Shown: positions 41,871 to 55,610 of the stretch, one piece after another
Layout of the letters: every line of letters starts with the position of its first letter
Numbering within the stretch: position 1 is the first letter of the stretch
From: Epiperipatus broadwayi
Lineage: Eukaryota; Animalia; Onychophora
DNA length: 64,000 nt
Direction of reading: 5' to 3'
Assembly (NCBI GenBank): GCA_028023455.1
Contig: JAQFVV010000001.1
Span: 558,001 to 622,000 of the forward strand
Notes under the pieces: model-generated
Told to the model about the DNA's origin: nothing
Databases searched by the model: none
What the model saw: only the letters and a program-made list of their open reading frames with translations
Position numbers and translations under genes: made by a program

Positions 41871-43287
41871 ATGGAATTATAATTGATATATTAAAAGAAG
41901 CAGGTGAAGAAATAGAATTTTTTTTTAGCAAAGTTATATACCAAATGATTGGAAGAATGCAATATTAATATTAATATTTTAAAAAGGTGATAAAGAAGAT
42001 ATTAGAAATTACAGACCTATCAGCCTTTTATCAGTTTTATACAAAATTTTTACAAAGATAATTACAACTCGTCTACAGAAAACATTGGATTTCCACCAAC
42101 CAAGAGAATAAACTGGATTTAAAAGTGGTTTTAGTACAGTAGATCATATCCAGGCATTGAGAGAAGTTATAGAAAGGACAAATGAATATGCGTTGCCATT
42201 ATGCTTTGGATTTGTAGATTATGAAAAGGCATTTAATTCTATAAACATTTCTTCAGTGATTAAAGCATTGGATCATCAAGGTATAAATCCAGGATATTGT
42301 CATATTTTAAAGAATATTTATAAAAATGCAATAGCAACAATTAGATTCCATAATGATACTAGAAAAGTTAACATTGAGAAAGGTGTAAGACAGAGTGACT
42401 CCATATCTCCAAAACTTTTTACAGCAGTGCTGCAAGAAGTATTTTGTGAATTAAAATGGGAAGCTAAAGGAGTGAAAGTAAATGGAGATTATTTAAATCA
42501 TTTAAATTTTGCAGATGATATAGTTGTTTTTGCAAATAATGCTTTAGAGGTGCAGGAAATATTGCAGGAGTTATCAGATGAAAGTAAGAAAGTAGGACTA
42601 AAGATAAATGTTAAAAAAACTAAAGTAATGTTTTATGGATTTTTTCAAAATATGAAAATAAAGATTGATTATGATGAGTTAGAAGAACTTAACAATTACA
42701 AATACCTTGGTCAGATTATTAATACAGATGGAAACATAATGGATGAAATTAATAATAGAATTAAACTTGCTTGGAGTGCTTTTGGTAGAAATAACTTGAT
42801 ACTAAAAGGAAATATACCTATGTGTTTGAAAAGGAAGGTTTTTAATAAATGTGTTTTACCAGTTCTTACTTATGGATCTGAGACTTGGACACTTAATAGA
42901 AGAGCAATACAGAGACTTCAGACCACTCAAAGAAATATGGAAAGATGCATGTTGGGAGTAACAAGAAGAAACAAGAAGAGATCAAAAATGCAATATATGG
43001 GTAAGAGAACAAATAGGTGTTACTGGCCTCACTGAAAAAATTATAAGACTGAAGTGGAGTTGGGCTGGATATATTGCTAGGAGAGATGATAATAGATGGA
43101 CAATTGAAATCTTAAACTGGATTCCAAGAGATTGTAAAAGACCCAGAAAGAGACCACATGTGAGATGAATGGAAGAAATAAAAAAGTGTGCAGGAGTGAT
43201 GTGAAGAAAAGAAGTTAAAGATCAGAGAAGATGGATGGAACTTGGAGAGACCTTCATCCTGCAGTGGATTGATAATGGTTGATGATG
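41871..43287 (+). mobile_element. 5'-truncated RTE-clade LINE (reverse transcriptase region)
   Basis: YRPISLLSVLYKIF, VDYEKAF, GVRQSDSISPKLF and NFADDIV motifs; typical end GETFILQWIDNG followed by tgatgatga. TSD AATGTAATATG at 41860-41870 and 43288-43298. In-frame stops show it is inactive. Confidence 0.92.
42157..43035 (+). pseudogene. Residual open RT frame of the RTE LINE (292 aa)
   Basis: ORF track; FADD at 42508-42519. Confidence 0.85.
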
Positions 43288-43546
43288 AATGTAATATGTA
43301 ATGACAATAAATGTATAAAAGTAGAACAAGTAAAATTATTAGATATCTTGGAATAGTGATAGATAAAAAAATGTCTTGGAAACATCATAATAAATTAATG
43401 ACTTTGAAAACATATTAACATACTAATTAATAAATTTAGATATTTTATAACAATGTTCTACAAAATCAAATATATTTTTCCTTTAAATATTCTTATTGTT
43501 ATATTAAATATATCATATGTTATAATATAAAATAAAAATAATAAGT

Positions 43547-44007
43547 AAAAGCTCCTTTCAACAAATATTGATTTTTGTGTCCTTCAATGTGATGAAACTA
43601 TTTTACAATTTCAACCTACATTGCACACATAGCAACATCTATCTCTTTTATATAAAATTAACTAGAACCTATTATAACAATAACTACATTAAAGAACCTA
43701 ATGAAGAAAGATATATGAAACAAATTACATTAATTACAATAAACATAATTGCATGAATATATATGAAACAGCAATTAATTTAACTAATAATTGGTTAATG
43801 ATAAATGAATGAAAAATTATATAGTATACATTTACACAGATTTTTTTCCCTCTTCCTTGTACATATTGCATTATTGTTATAATAGATTCTAGTTAATTTT
43901 ATATAAAAGAGATAAATGACGCTATGTATGTAATGTAGATTAAAATTGTAAAATAATTCCAACACATTAAAATGAGCAAAAATCAATATTTGCTGAAAAG
44001 AGCTTTT
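43547..44007. repeat. Older fold-back, ~137-bp inverted arms
   Basis: Arms 43547-43683 and 43871-44007; explains the two mirror ORFs 43568+ and 43795-. Confidence 0.85.
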
Positions 44008-44116
44008 ATATATTATTATCTACATATACACTACAATTATTGCTGTTATACAACAGTATTTTATTTTATATTAAATTGTATGATTTATTTAATATATAAA
44101 AAAGCAGCAATATAAT

Positions 44117-46340
44117 TAGGGTGACCAAACATCCCAATTTTTCAAGATTTGTCCCTATTTTTGGTTAGATGTTCCAGTGTCCCCAAAATCTCTTTCCGGA
44201 ACTATTATATGTCCTGATTTTCAAATACTCATAATTATTATTTGTCGTACATAAATAATTCATTGCAAAAATGGTAGTTTCTTGGTTCTCTCTGTCCATT
44301 ACACCAAGACAAAGATCAGGCTTGATCATGTATGATCACTAATATGTTTCACGACCAGGTTCTCAAGCTAGATGCACTTTTGCGAACAATCTTGCCTTGA
44401 AGCATGCACAGTTGGATTTTTGAGGTTAAAAATTGAACTGCACTTGCACCTGCTTCGATTGACAATGCTCGTTCTTTGTTGATATTAATTTTTTCAGTGA
44501 TAAAATTAATGAGTATTAATAACCCCAAGCAATAGACAGCATGCTAAAGAGAAAGTATACTTACAATGATGAATATTCACAGAAATGGAGTATTATAAAA
44601 AAAGGACATGATGACTATGAAGCCAAATCTGAATTGTGTAATGTTTACATTAGTGTTTCACACAGTGGCAAATCTGAGATAAAAACTCATATAAACAATC
44701 AGAACCACAAAATACATTTCTCAGGACATCAACATTGAAAAAAACTAGACCGTTTCATATATAAAACAGACAGTGCAGAAAGAGACAGCACCAGCATATT
44801 ATATTGTTTGGGACTATCAATCATTTCATTCAGCTTGGACTGTGCTAATAATTTATTTACTAAGATTTTTCTGGATTCGACAATTGCGCAAAAATTTTCA
44901 AGTGGACAAACTAAAACTACCATGTTAATTGCACAAATTAAAAGTGATTTAAACAATGCTAAATTCTTTAGCTTATCCACGGATGCAAGTAATCATAATG
45001 CAACAAAAATGTCCCCCTTGATTATACGTTATTATTCCAAAGAAAACAGAATTCAAGGAAGGTTATTTAAAATTTATAATTTACCAAAAAAACATCAGAT
45101 GCTATTTATAATTTAATAGCAAATAGTTTCAAAGAATTTAATGTTGATTCCACCAAATGTATGGCATATGGAGCCAATAACACTATTGCAAATTTGAGCG
45201 GAAGGAATAGAAAAGAAAAAATAAGATATTTTTTAAATTGTGTGAGAATAACAACAAAACTTTAATAGGTTGTACTATTCACATTTTGCATAACGCTGCA
45301 CAATCTGGTACTGAATGTCTACCATGTGATATTGAAGTCATATTGCAGTAAAAAAAATTTCCATATACACAATCCGAACAGAAAAAAAAGAATTTTGTGG
45401 TTTCATACATATAGAATATTCAACTCTAATTTCACGCTATAAAACTAAATGGTTAAGTTTGTGTAAATTAATTCAAAAAATTTTTATCTGAAGAAAAGCC
45501 ACTGATAATTTTACTATGATTTTATCATCTTTTATTGGTCCATAATTTTTTGTTTATTTTTAATAAACAAATTATTAAAATTGAGAAGTCAAATATAATC
45601 ATAATAAAAGTAATACAAATAATATATGAAACAGTTCAGATGATGAAAACATGAATTGAAAATAAATTTATTTCACATTCGTTAAACAAATATTTTCAAA
45701 AATTGATCTGTCAGAAACAGAAAAAAACTCCTTCAAAGAAGATGCACAAGAGCTATATAAAACTTGTTTAGCATATTTGGGAAAAACTACTTTAAATTTT
45801 AGCAAATTTACATCTTTTAGCTAGATGAATTTAAAAGCCAATATGAAATGATGTACTCTACACTGGTATTGGTTTAAATAGATTGGTATACCCATCGATA
45901 ATAATTTATTAACAGATCAGTTCGAAGTATTAAAAAATTTTGTCTCAAGCAAACTCTAAAACAATGAAACTGTTTGGCTTGAAAATTCATGTTGCGAATA
46001 TTGGTCAAAATTCTTTATATCTGTAAAATTTACTGAACAAGTATTGGAAATTGAAACAATATGTCAATATTATTTTGCATTACCTGCTCATAATACAGAT
46101 GCGGAAATAATTTTTTCCTTAATAAGTAGTCAATAGATGAAAAAAAAAATAGAATTGATTTGGAAACTCTAAATTGTATAACTTTATGCAACCTTTAATA
46201 TGAAAATGAGCTGTGTCAAATTTAGTGACTACATTAGGGGCAATAAAAGCCTATTACAATCTGTAAGTGACAGCTTAAAATATATGAAAAAATAATATGT
46301 ATTTTAATAATTGAAAATTATTTTGTTTTAAATTTATTAT
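44117..46340 (+). mobile_element. Decayed hAT transposon (Blackjack-like)
   Basis: Left TIR TAGGGTGACCA; BED-like N-terminus; SFSLDC, IFLDSTIAQKFSSGQTKT, FSLSTDASNH..KMSP, FALPAHNTDAEIIFSL. Right TIR not found. Confidence 0.85.
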
Positions 46341-48925
46341 TCAGTTTCCTTTCTTAAGCGCATTGTTCTGTTATGATATAAAGTCGTCGGTCCCATGTGT
46401 CATGGTTTGTACCACACATATGTAGAGAATACAATGACATTTAGGTAGAGTCCTGGCATAGGCTACATTACCAGGATTTCTGATACTGGGCTGTAAAAAT
46501 ATAATGGATTAAACTTTTTTACATTTTTGATGATTATTATATATAAATCTTTGCGTGAATCTTTATTGAGATATGGAATAATGCTTTCATGGTTTTGCAA
46601 ACTTTTCTAATATTAATAGATTAGCTGCAAGAAAGAATAACTGATCTAATAAAAGAAAATTATATCAAAAAAGAAAAAAATAGATACAAAAATATTTTAT
46701 TATTCAATCAATTTCTTGAATATATAATTATAAAGAAAAAAAAAATTTGATAGTACTTTCAAAAGCCCTTATATAAAACAATTTGAAAATGTGTCCAAGA
46801 AAAACAGATACAAATATAGTTTCAAAATATTGTAATAAATATAGAACTAGAATAAAAAATCACTATGATGCTAAATTATTCAATAATTTACCTATTGAAT
46901 TAAAAAGCTTGTAACATTATATACAAATAAAAAAATTTAATTAAAAATATACATTAAAGAGGGTAAAAATAGAAAAATATATATGAGTATATAATATTAT
47001 ATAATCAATATTTTTATTATATATAATTAATATATTATTGAAATGTAATTAATTGTTATTATCATTAGCATATTTTGAATTATGTTTAAAATAAAAAAAA
47101 TGTAAATATATAAACAGTTATGAAAATAAAATGTAAATATATAAACAGTTATGAAAATTTCTACATAAAAGTGCAATTACAGCTTAGTAGGAAAAGAATG
47201 TATTGGTTTAAATATATTTTAACCTGTATTTAAATGAATGAATGTATTTATTTTAATAAACTGTGTAATAATAATAATATTATATATGTAAATGAATAAG
47301 CTAATAAAATTATTATTACTATTATTTTAATCACTGTATAATATACTCCTAATTTTATATTGAATTTTTATGTTAGAGGATTGAGATCTCAGAGTTCTCT
47401 ATCAAAGAAATAGTAATTGTATACACTTAAAGAAATTAAAATCTTACTTATATGATAATGGGTTTATACAAGCCACAATAATATTGTGGATGAATATAAT
47501 TTTAATTATTTTATAAATGAATATTAAAAAAATATTTTTTTATTTATTTTATATAAAATCATCTTCAAGAAGTATATTTTATTCATGATATCTTTTTTCT
47601 TAAAATAATAAATTAAGCATAACAGGAAATATTTGACAGAATAAGGAAGAGGTAATTTCATCTTGTGTAGATAGTAAGAATTATTACAATTGTTTATCTA
47701 ACTTGAAATAATCATTCACAATTTCTGAAATTTCAAAGGTGAAACATATTTTAACAAGACAATATATGATGTAGGAACAAACAAATACCCATGACAAATA
47801 TTTGGGTTGCATGTTCAATTTATTATGAGTTATTATTTTACAATGATTATAAGTTATTGTCTTAGACATGTATATAAATTTGAGTAGTGATATATAAATT
47901 TTATTCATAATTCATATAAAAAAAATTTTTATTACTACTATTTGGAAAAACATATGATAGTAATATTCCAGATCAAGAAAATATTTGATTTAAAATATTT
48001 TTTAACATAGATCAAATGAAAGCTTAAGATATTGATAGCATCAATTACTTATTTTATTGTTGTTAATTTATTTATTCATTTATTTGTTAATCATTAATTA
48101 GTTTAGTTTTATATTTTATTTAGGTATATTTTCTAATAAAATTATATTATTGTTGTTTGTATAGTGGTTCTCACTCATTTATCTTATTTTGAGTTTGATA
48201 AATATCTTTTCTGATGGATTAGATTATAATGTTATCAGGTTCTCTTTTCATTATTACCAACATAGCCAAATTCATCTCATGATCTATATTTACAGTGTGT
48301 GAACTGTAAGAGTTAGTATAACAAGAGATTTATATAAGCATACTAGGTAAATATCTTGATTTGCATAGAGCTCATAAATTAGTAATAGTTCTTAGGATAA
48401 ATAAATCATTTAGATTTATGGATTATATGTTTTGTCATTCATGCTTTCTATTATACAAGTGAGCAAAATGCATATTCTTTATTTGTAATCAGTCATCATA
48501 TACACTTGTTCCAATTTATCCAACTTTACATATATAATAACAATAAAAATAATAAATATGATGATAATTAACTATTATATATAGTCTTTCAATCCACAGA
48601 AGTATTTTCAGTTAATTCCTTAACCATTTTCAAGTGCCATTAAATTCAAAAAACATAATGAAAGCAAATGTCATCAATCCCATGAACTCCAAATTTTAAC
48701 TTTAGCAGTTTGATTATTAATTATATTCATTTTATCTCTATTTATTAATATTGTCTCCTTAATTTTTCTTTTATTATGGTTTCTCTCTTCATGAAGAATC
48801 TTAACATTTTCAATATCAAACTGAAATTTATATTTAGACAAGTTGCTAACATTAAATTCAGGATTAATGGGATTTGAGTTGATGATGTTTGCTTGTTATC
48901 TTTTTTATTATTTTTTTATTTAATA

Positions 48926-48967
48926 GCAGTTGAAGAGGATTAAGGAATTAACCGAAAGTACATCTGC
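48926..48967 (+). ncRNA. Degenerate hammerhead-like motif of a third sequence family
   Basis: gcag-TTGAAGA-ggattaa ggaa ttaacc-GAAA-gtac-AT-ctgc: stems I, II (GGAA tetraloop) and palindromic III all pair, but C3 and U16.1 are altered. Confidence 0.35.
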
Positions 48968-51900
48968 GGATTGAAAGACTGTATATAATAGTTAATTACC
49001 ATTATATTTATTGTTATTACAATAGTTTTTAATTAACAGACATTTTATTTGTATTATATATATATTTAGATTATGATGTGTGTGTGTGTATATATATATA
49101 TTTGAACACTATCATCATTAGCAACACCAGAAGAGAAAAAAATAAAAAAATAAAATGCTAAGAATAAGTTTTTGTGATGTCTACATATATAACATTATAA
49201 ACTTTTAGACTATTTATTTAATGCTTGCAATGCAGTTTTTAGCTTTTTCTGCACCAAGCTTTAAAAAAACAACATCTTATCTAATTCAATTGCAGCTCCC
49301 CACCTAGCCGTTTTTACTCAGTGAAGGTAATCAATACTGCACTTTTTTAGAATGCCTTTCAGTTGGTCTTTATAATGCAAATAAGATTAGCCTTTTTTTA
49401 TATAAACCACAGTCAAATTTATTATAAAATACTGTTTTAGAAAGTGTGTTACTTCTCATGTCCCATTCAATCAAAATTGATATTTACAATAGTAGATTCA
49501 ATAATATCAAATCAACAAGCCAAAGAACACACCAAATGATTATATCTTTAAAATATTAGTCTAATACCTCTAGGTTATATCAATAAGATATTCACTCTCA
49601 TTTCCATATAATAAATTAGGTAAAATAATAGTGCTATATACAAACTAATTTAATTGCAATAGTTATAAACTATGATTGAAATATAAGTTTTAACTTGTTA
49701 AATGCAGCAGTAGCATTGCAGTTTGGGTAGCATATTAACACCTAAGTCTCTCCTGCTATATAAAAATTAACTAAGATATTTAAATTGATTTATATTTTCA
49801 AGTAGTAAATATGTAAGCTAAAAATTACTATAGATTTTTATCTCCATTATTGAATGATTAAAAATGTGAGGTTTGTTGAACAATAATATCAAACTAGAAG
49901 ATTTTACATGCTGTATTCAAAGCATTAACAATATTCTGTAGATCAGGAATCGACAACCTCTTAGTGATGTTGTGCCGAATCTATGTTACAACGTTATTCC
50001 ACATACCAAAATGATTCTATCAATTTTATTATATATAGTTTAATTAAGTGTCTATATAATCTTAAATCTTGACAGGTTAAACATATCAGGTCTTGAAAAG
50101 TTTATAGGAAACAAAATTTACACATTCTATGCATTAAAATTAAATTATTTACCTTTGTTACCTTCACTACTTCTTCCCTTATCATCATTATCATTAACTG
50201 ATTTTACACTTATTTCTACCATTCTGATAACTGATTAGCCAGGAATTGGGACCAACATAAATTGTGTCACACAAACCACGTTTAAATCATCTTTTTTTAG
50301 GTACTCCTATTTTTATGATAAGCATAAAATATTTAAATCGAGCTGCCCAATCATGCAATCATTTGCCTAGTGGAAACTCTTGTCCTAAATCTAGTTCTAG
50401 ATTAATTCATTACTATTTGTATTGCTACACAAGATTACAATAAGGATTCCCATTCATCCAAACCTGTCTTTATCATTGATTTCTCAACATTAGCAGCTTA
50501 TGCATTAAAAAAAAAAAAACTGGAATCAGAATTATTATGTAGAAAATTAAAGGATGAAAATATAATTACATAATACAAATCTGTGTCACACTTAATATAT
50601 AAAAATGACAGAAAATTCATGAAACCTGGATCCTATATACTAACTTGAATGTTTAAAGATAGTAAAATAAAGAATACTAAAAAGAGATAGAAAATAAAGT
50701 TGAATCAGAAGAAATACAAAAGTCTTTAAAGTACTAGTATCATAAAAGGCAAAATAAAGGTTATTCACAATTAACCCTCATTAGAACATTTCTCTGTCTA
50801 TTGAAAAATTATTAATAAAATTGATATTATTATTTCTGCATGATTTTTAAAAATAAAAATTGGTAATAAGGTGCCAACTTGAAATAAATAGAAAGTAAAA
50901 ACTATTTTCATAATCTATACAAAATAAGCATTTAGAAATTATAAAATAAAATTCAACAATCCTACTATACCAATATATAAAATCAAATTGACCTATAATG
51001 GCAATATTTTAATAAATATATATATAAAAACAAATTATAAACTTTTTAAAGATTAGTACTAAAAAAGAATTTCTAATTATTTCCCACTGAAAAGATCTTT
51101 TAATATTTTTGTATTTTCATCCCTTTTACTTTTAATCGATTTTATTATACTGTATGAATATATTTTTATCATATATTTCTTTTTTTTTTTTAAATTATTG
51201 CCAAAGCTATAATATTTTCATTATATTTAAGCAAATATTTATAGAAACCAGTATTAGCTCAAAAAAAAAAAAAAAAGACAAATTTTATTATTATTTATTT
51301 GAATATAATAATTATATTGACATGAATTAAAAGAAAACTAAAGCTTAGCATTCATAAAAACATGATACCTCCTTTAGTTATGGAGAAAGTTGCATTATGG
51401 GTTCAACATGGTGGTAAAAGTTACACCTTGGGTTTAGCAATTATAGATGTATGAATTTCTCTCAACACTGATAAAAGCTGCATCATGATGAAGACTGCAT
51501 TATGGGATAGCACACATAGGAATATAACACCTCCCATACAAATAATGAAAGCTGCACTTTAAGATCAGTGTTCATAAGAGCATAATATCTCTCTCAGTAG
51601 TGATAAAAGCTGCATCTGCATCATATATATTCATACTTTAGTTTTGATTAGTGCATTAGTCTAAGATCATTGCCATCCAATGAAGAATAGCTAAATAGTC
51701 ATTTACAAATTAAGAACTGGATGGCTAGTTAAGCTGGCTCTGCGCCAATTAACTAAAAAAAATATTTGACTTGTTAAGAAATCCACATGATGAGCTTAGT
51801 AATCAAATGTATTAATAACTTTTCATTGAATAATCTTCTTCCTAATTTGAGTATGATCTAAATTGTCCTCAAAAAAAAAAAAAAATCAAAAATCATAATT

Positions 51901-52049
51901 GAGATTCAGATTTAGATCGATTCATAAAAAATTTACAATTACTACTAAAAATCAAATTAATATATTTTACATTAACCATGTATTAGCAACAAGTCAAAAT
52001 ATAAATTAAAAGTTAAAAAAAAAAAAAATACTACTTCACAAAGGATACT

Positions 52050-52186
52050 CCAAAATTTTATTTGACTTGGGTTTAATTATTTTCTTCAAATTTTTCTGCA
52101 TAGGAATTGAAAAAATATCTTGTTTATTTCCCAAAATACTTCTAGTGCATAGAGATTCAGCGAAACCAAATGGTTTACCTTCTGCC
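52050..52186 (-). CDS. Possible additional exon: (R)AEGKPFGFAESLCTRSILGNKQDIFSIPMQKNLKKIIKPKSNKIL..., donor unresolved
   Basis: Acceptor attttattatgtag with a phase-2 start compatible with the 58520 exon, open for about 49 codons. No strong in-phase donor; an alternative 8-nt micro-exon GGCAGAAG|gtaaac exists. Confidence 0.35.
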
Positions 52187-55100
52187 CTACATAATAAAAT
52201 AAAAAATACTTGGAATAATCTAAATAAAATTATTACTTATAAATTAAAAATATCTGAAGGAAAAAAAAATTCACAAGCATTTTTAATATATTCATAGGAC
52301 TAAAATAGTTATCATTTTATGCAATGAAATAAAGCAAATATTCTTTCAACTTTGTTACATAAATTGCTTTTTTAATTATATAGATTTTGTTTTATACTTA
52401 TTTCGATGCAATTTTTTTAAAATTAATTCAATACTTACAGTTTTGATTGTACAACAGTTTTTTTCCAATATTCTACAGAATTTTAAAAGACTATTGTATA
52501 CTCAAAATAAGCATTGAATTAATTTAAAAAAATTGAAAATTACATAAAAATAAATGAGTAAAAAATTGGATTATTGTAGATATATTGATTATAAAATAAG
52601 CAATGCAATAAAGAAAGACTGCTTTTCTTGCAGAATGGCACTTAAAAAAAAAAAATTCCCATTACATTCAACAACTTTAAATGAAATGTTATTTCAATTT
52701 TTAATCTATTACTTTTTTTTTTTTTTACAAAGTCAGAGAAATGTGAGAAAATGTTTTTTAAAGCTTTTTGAATAATTTTAGCATATTAATTTTATCATTA
52801 TTGTAGGTGAAATATTAAGGTGACAACAATGACTAAATTCTATCTGAATAGACTTGTAGTCATCATCTATACTTTACCCATGATATTAAATGTAAAAAAA
52901 AACTTTCATTTCTTGGATATCCAGTAATCAAACAAACTTGCAACTAAAAATTACAATGATTTTGATTTTACTTTAGTTTCTTTTTTACAATTAAAAACTT
53001 CACAATATTTTATGAGTATAATTAGATAAACACAATGTTACAAATCAATATAAACATTATTTTCTAATATGGAATTATTATTATAAGCTAAATCATCAGT
53101 TATAAAAAAAAAAAAAAAAATTCTAACAACAATGAGCGTGTTATTTTAATACAATATAAATCCATAATTTTCACATGTGAAATGCAGTTTAAATTGAAAA
53201 CATATACAATACAAGGTTATCGATATAGTCATCATAAAATTACTTCACTTGTTAAATGTTACATTTCATAATTAAAGATATACTTATCTTGCCATGATGT
53301 TTTTTCAGTTTTATTCTTTATTAAAGATTCAGTAAAAACTACCCCCCCCCCCCAAAGATTAATTAAAACTTACAGATCTATTTTGCCAATTGTCAAATCT
53401 TGTAGGCACACAGAATAATTTACCAAAAGTTAGTTTTGTAGATTTATTAGAAAGTATCTGAGGTCTCTACAAGAGTGCTAACATTAATAATTACAGAAAT
53501 TGGTAAGTGTATTCTTTGAAATATGCATAGGTGACTGCAATACCTAAAAACACTTAGCATACTTTTTATTTCCTTTTAAGAAAGCAGATATTATTATTTC
53601 TCTTAATTTTTTGAGATATCAAAAATTTTGTAGTGGTATCAAAGATATAATCAACAAGTAGGCAACAGTTTCTTCATTGTTCTCAGAATAAATTCAATTT
53701 CACTCTTACAATATCAGTGTCTTTGTATAAGTATATATTATGTCCAAATATTTCAGGTCACCCACTGTTTGTCTTTTTTTAATTTGGTCTATCAAATCTA
53801 TACAAAAAATACTAAGATCAATAAATATGATGTCTGTGTTATGTATAACATATTTCTCCTATATATATATATATAAAAGATTTTCATAAATAATGTATAC
53901 TTAAATGCACAAATAATTTTATTTCAAGTACCATAGCTCTATTCATTATTAACATGAGCATTATTAGAACATGATATGATAATGGACTTGATCCTTAAGT
54001 CATATATATTTCAGCATATATTTACTTATTTAGCTGTTGAAACATTCAATAATTAACACTATAGTCTATAAAGTGCGATCTACTCTTGTAGAAGTGAATT
54101 CACTATTCTAATTTTAATTTGTATATTTTTATACTGCATGTAATTTTATTGATTTTAGGCTTATAAATGATATCTAAGAGGAATGAAAGTGTTTTTTTTT
54201 CTGTTATGATCTGTCACAATAATGATTTTTTGATAATATCAGAGATCCGTTATTGTCAAAAAAAAAAAAAAATTGGTAAGATTTGTAAGTTGGCTATACT
54301 TTGTGATCATACTAATGTGATTTAGAAAAATCATAGCAGTCATTTTTTTGCAGAAAAAGAATAACAAGTGAAGGCATGTCGAATATCAATTTCTGACTAA
54401 ATAAATATATGTATAAAATCTGAGTTACGCAAATAATAAGATAACTTCCAGCAATGTCACTAGTCACATGACAGCTGGAAAAAAATTGGATGTTATCAAC
54501 CTACTCTTATTGCAACTAATGATAGCAACAGAGAAAAAAATCATTTTGGAAAAATGTAAAGAATTTCTGTAGGTAAAACATGTAAAATTTAAGTTATTAA
54601 ATGTTCCTCTAAAGTCAGTCTGGCTGATAATAAAAATACCCATTTTGCTATTTTTTATTATGATATTTGTTTTTCCATGGTTTCACTACTAGAAGAAATA
54701 TGATATCTTCTTTATTTAAAACAGAAAACTGCATTAAATTTTAGATTTTGTGATCACACACCTGATTAACTCACATGTTCTGGGACTTTTATTCTCTAAT
54801 ATAAAAAAAAAGTAGACGCCCTTTATGTCCAATAATTAAATGGCTAGTTAAAAAAAAAGTCCTAGGCTTATATGAAATTTCTTCGTACCTAAAACAATTT
54901 CCAAATTCCATCTAATATCAAATGTCATATCATAAGCATCTCAGATATTTGTGCTATAAGGTCCTTTTATTTAGTAGATAGGAAGACATTTTTTTTATTT
55001 TTGTATTATAAGAGTAATCATAATTTTTCAAAGCAAACTTTTGTGAAATTTTTTATTTGGATATCCTCTACTAATAATATCAAATATCACTGGCCAAAAA

Positions 55101-55610
55101 CATTGTTTGATCTTTTCTTCTATCGGTTGAGATATGGCTCTTCGTAATGCTCCTGTGACATATAAGCTATCAAGATATGCAAATTGCAGTTATGATTCTG
55201 ATGATTAAAGATAATAATACAATTTTTTAAATTTATTCTTTTAATTCTGCTAAACCAAATATTATGCAAAAGATTTCTGGCACAACCAATTCCAGAAATT
55301 AATGGACTGGATCAGAGAATTTATCTTTGAAGCATGAACTTTGTTGATGTGTGGTCCTGTCAGAATATGTCCAGAGTAGTTAATTTAAAAAAAAAAAAAA
55401 TTCTCACAAGAAGTTTGTTGGAGAATCAAGTAATATTTAAATACAAAAGTGACAGGCTGAACGAAAGTTTCACCCAATAGATCACACTGAGACTTTCTTT
55501 TACTTTTCTCAGCTGGAAGTAAATTTATGAACTTATAGTTCTTGAGGATATCATTTTTTCCATCATGCAAGACAATCTTATGATAATTAGATTGCTTTGT
55601 ATAACTGATC

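Noticed and set aside
43568-43986. Two paralogous small proteins on opposite strands
   Set aside because: They are the two arms of a non-coding inverted repeat.
46378-46495. GC-rich stem-loop after the hAT relic as the right TIR or an ncRNA
   Set aside because: Does not match TGGTCACCCTA; probably a SINE/LINE tail fragment.
13730-47160. Short local duplications (13.7-13.9 kb, 23.7 kb, 47.1 kb), homopolymers and (TA)n/(TG)n tracts
   Set aside because: Ordinary slippage products in AT-rich DNA.
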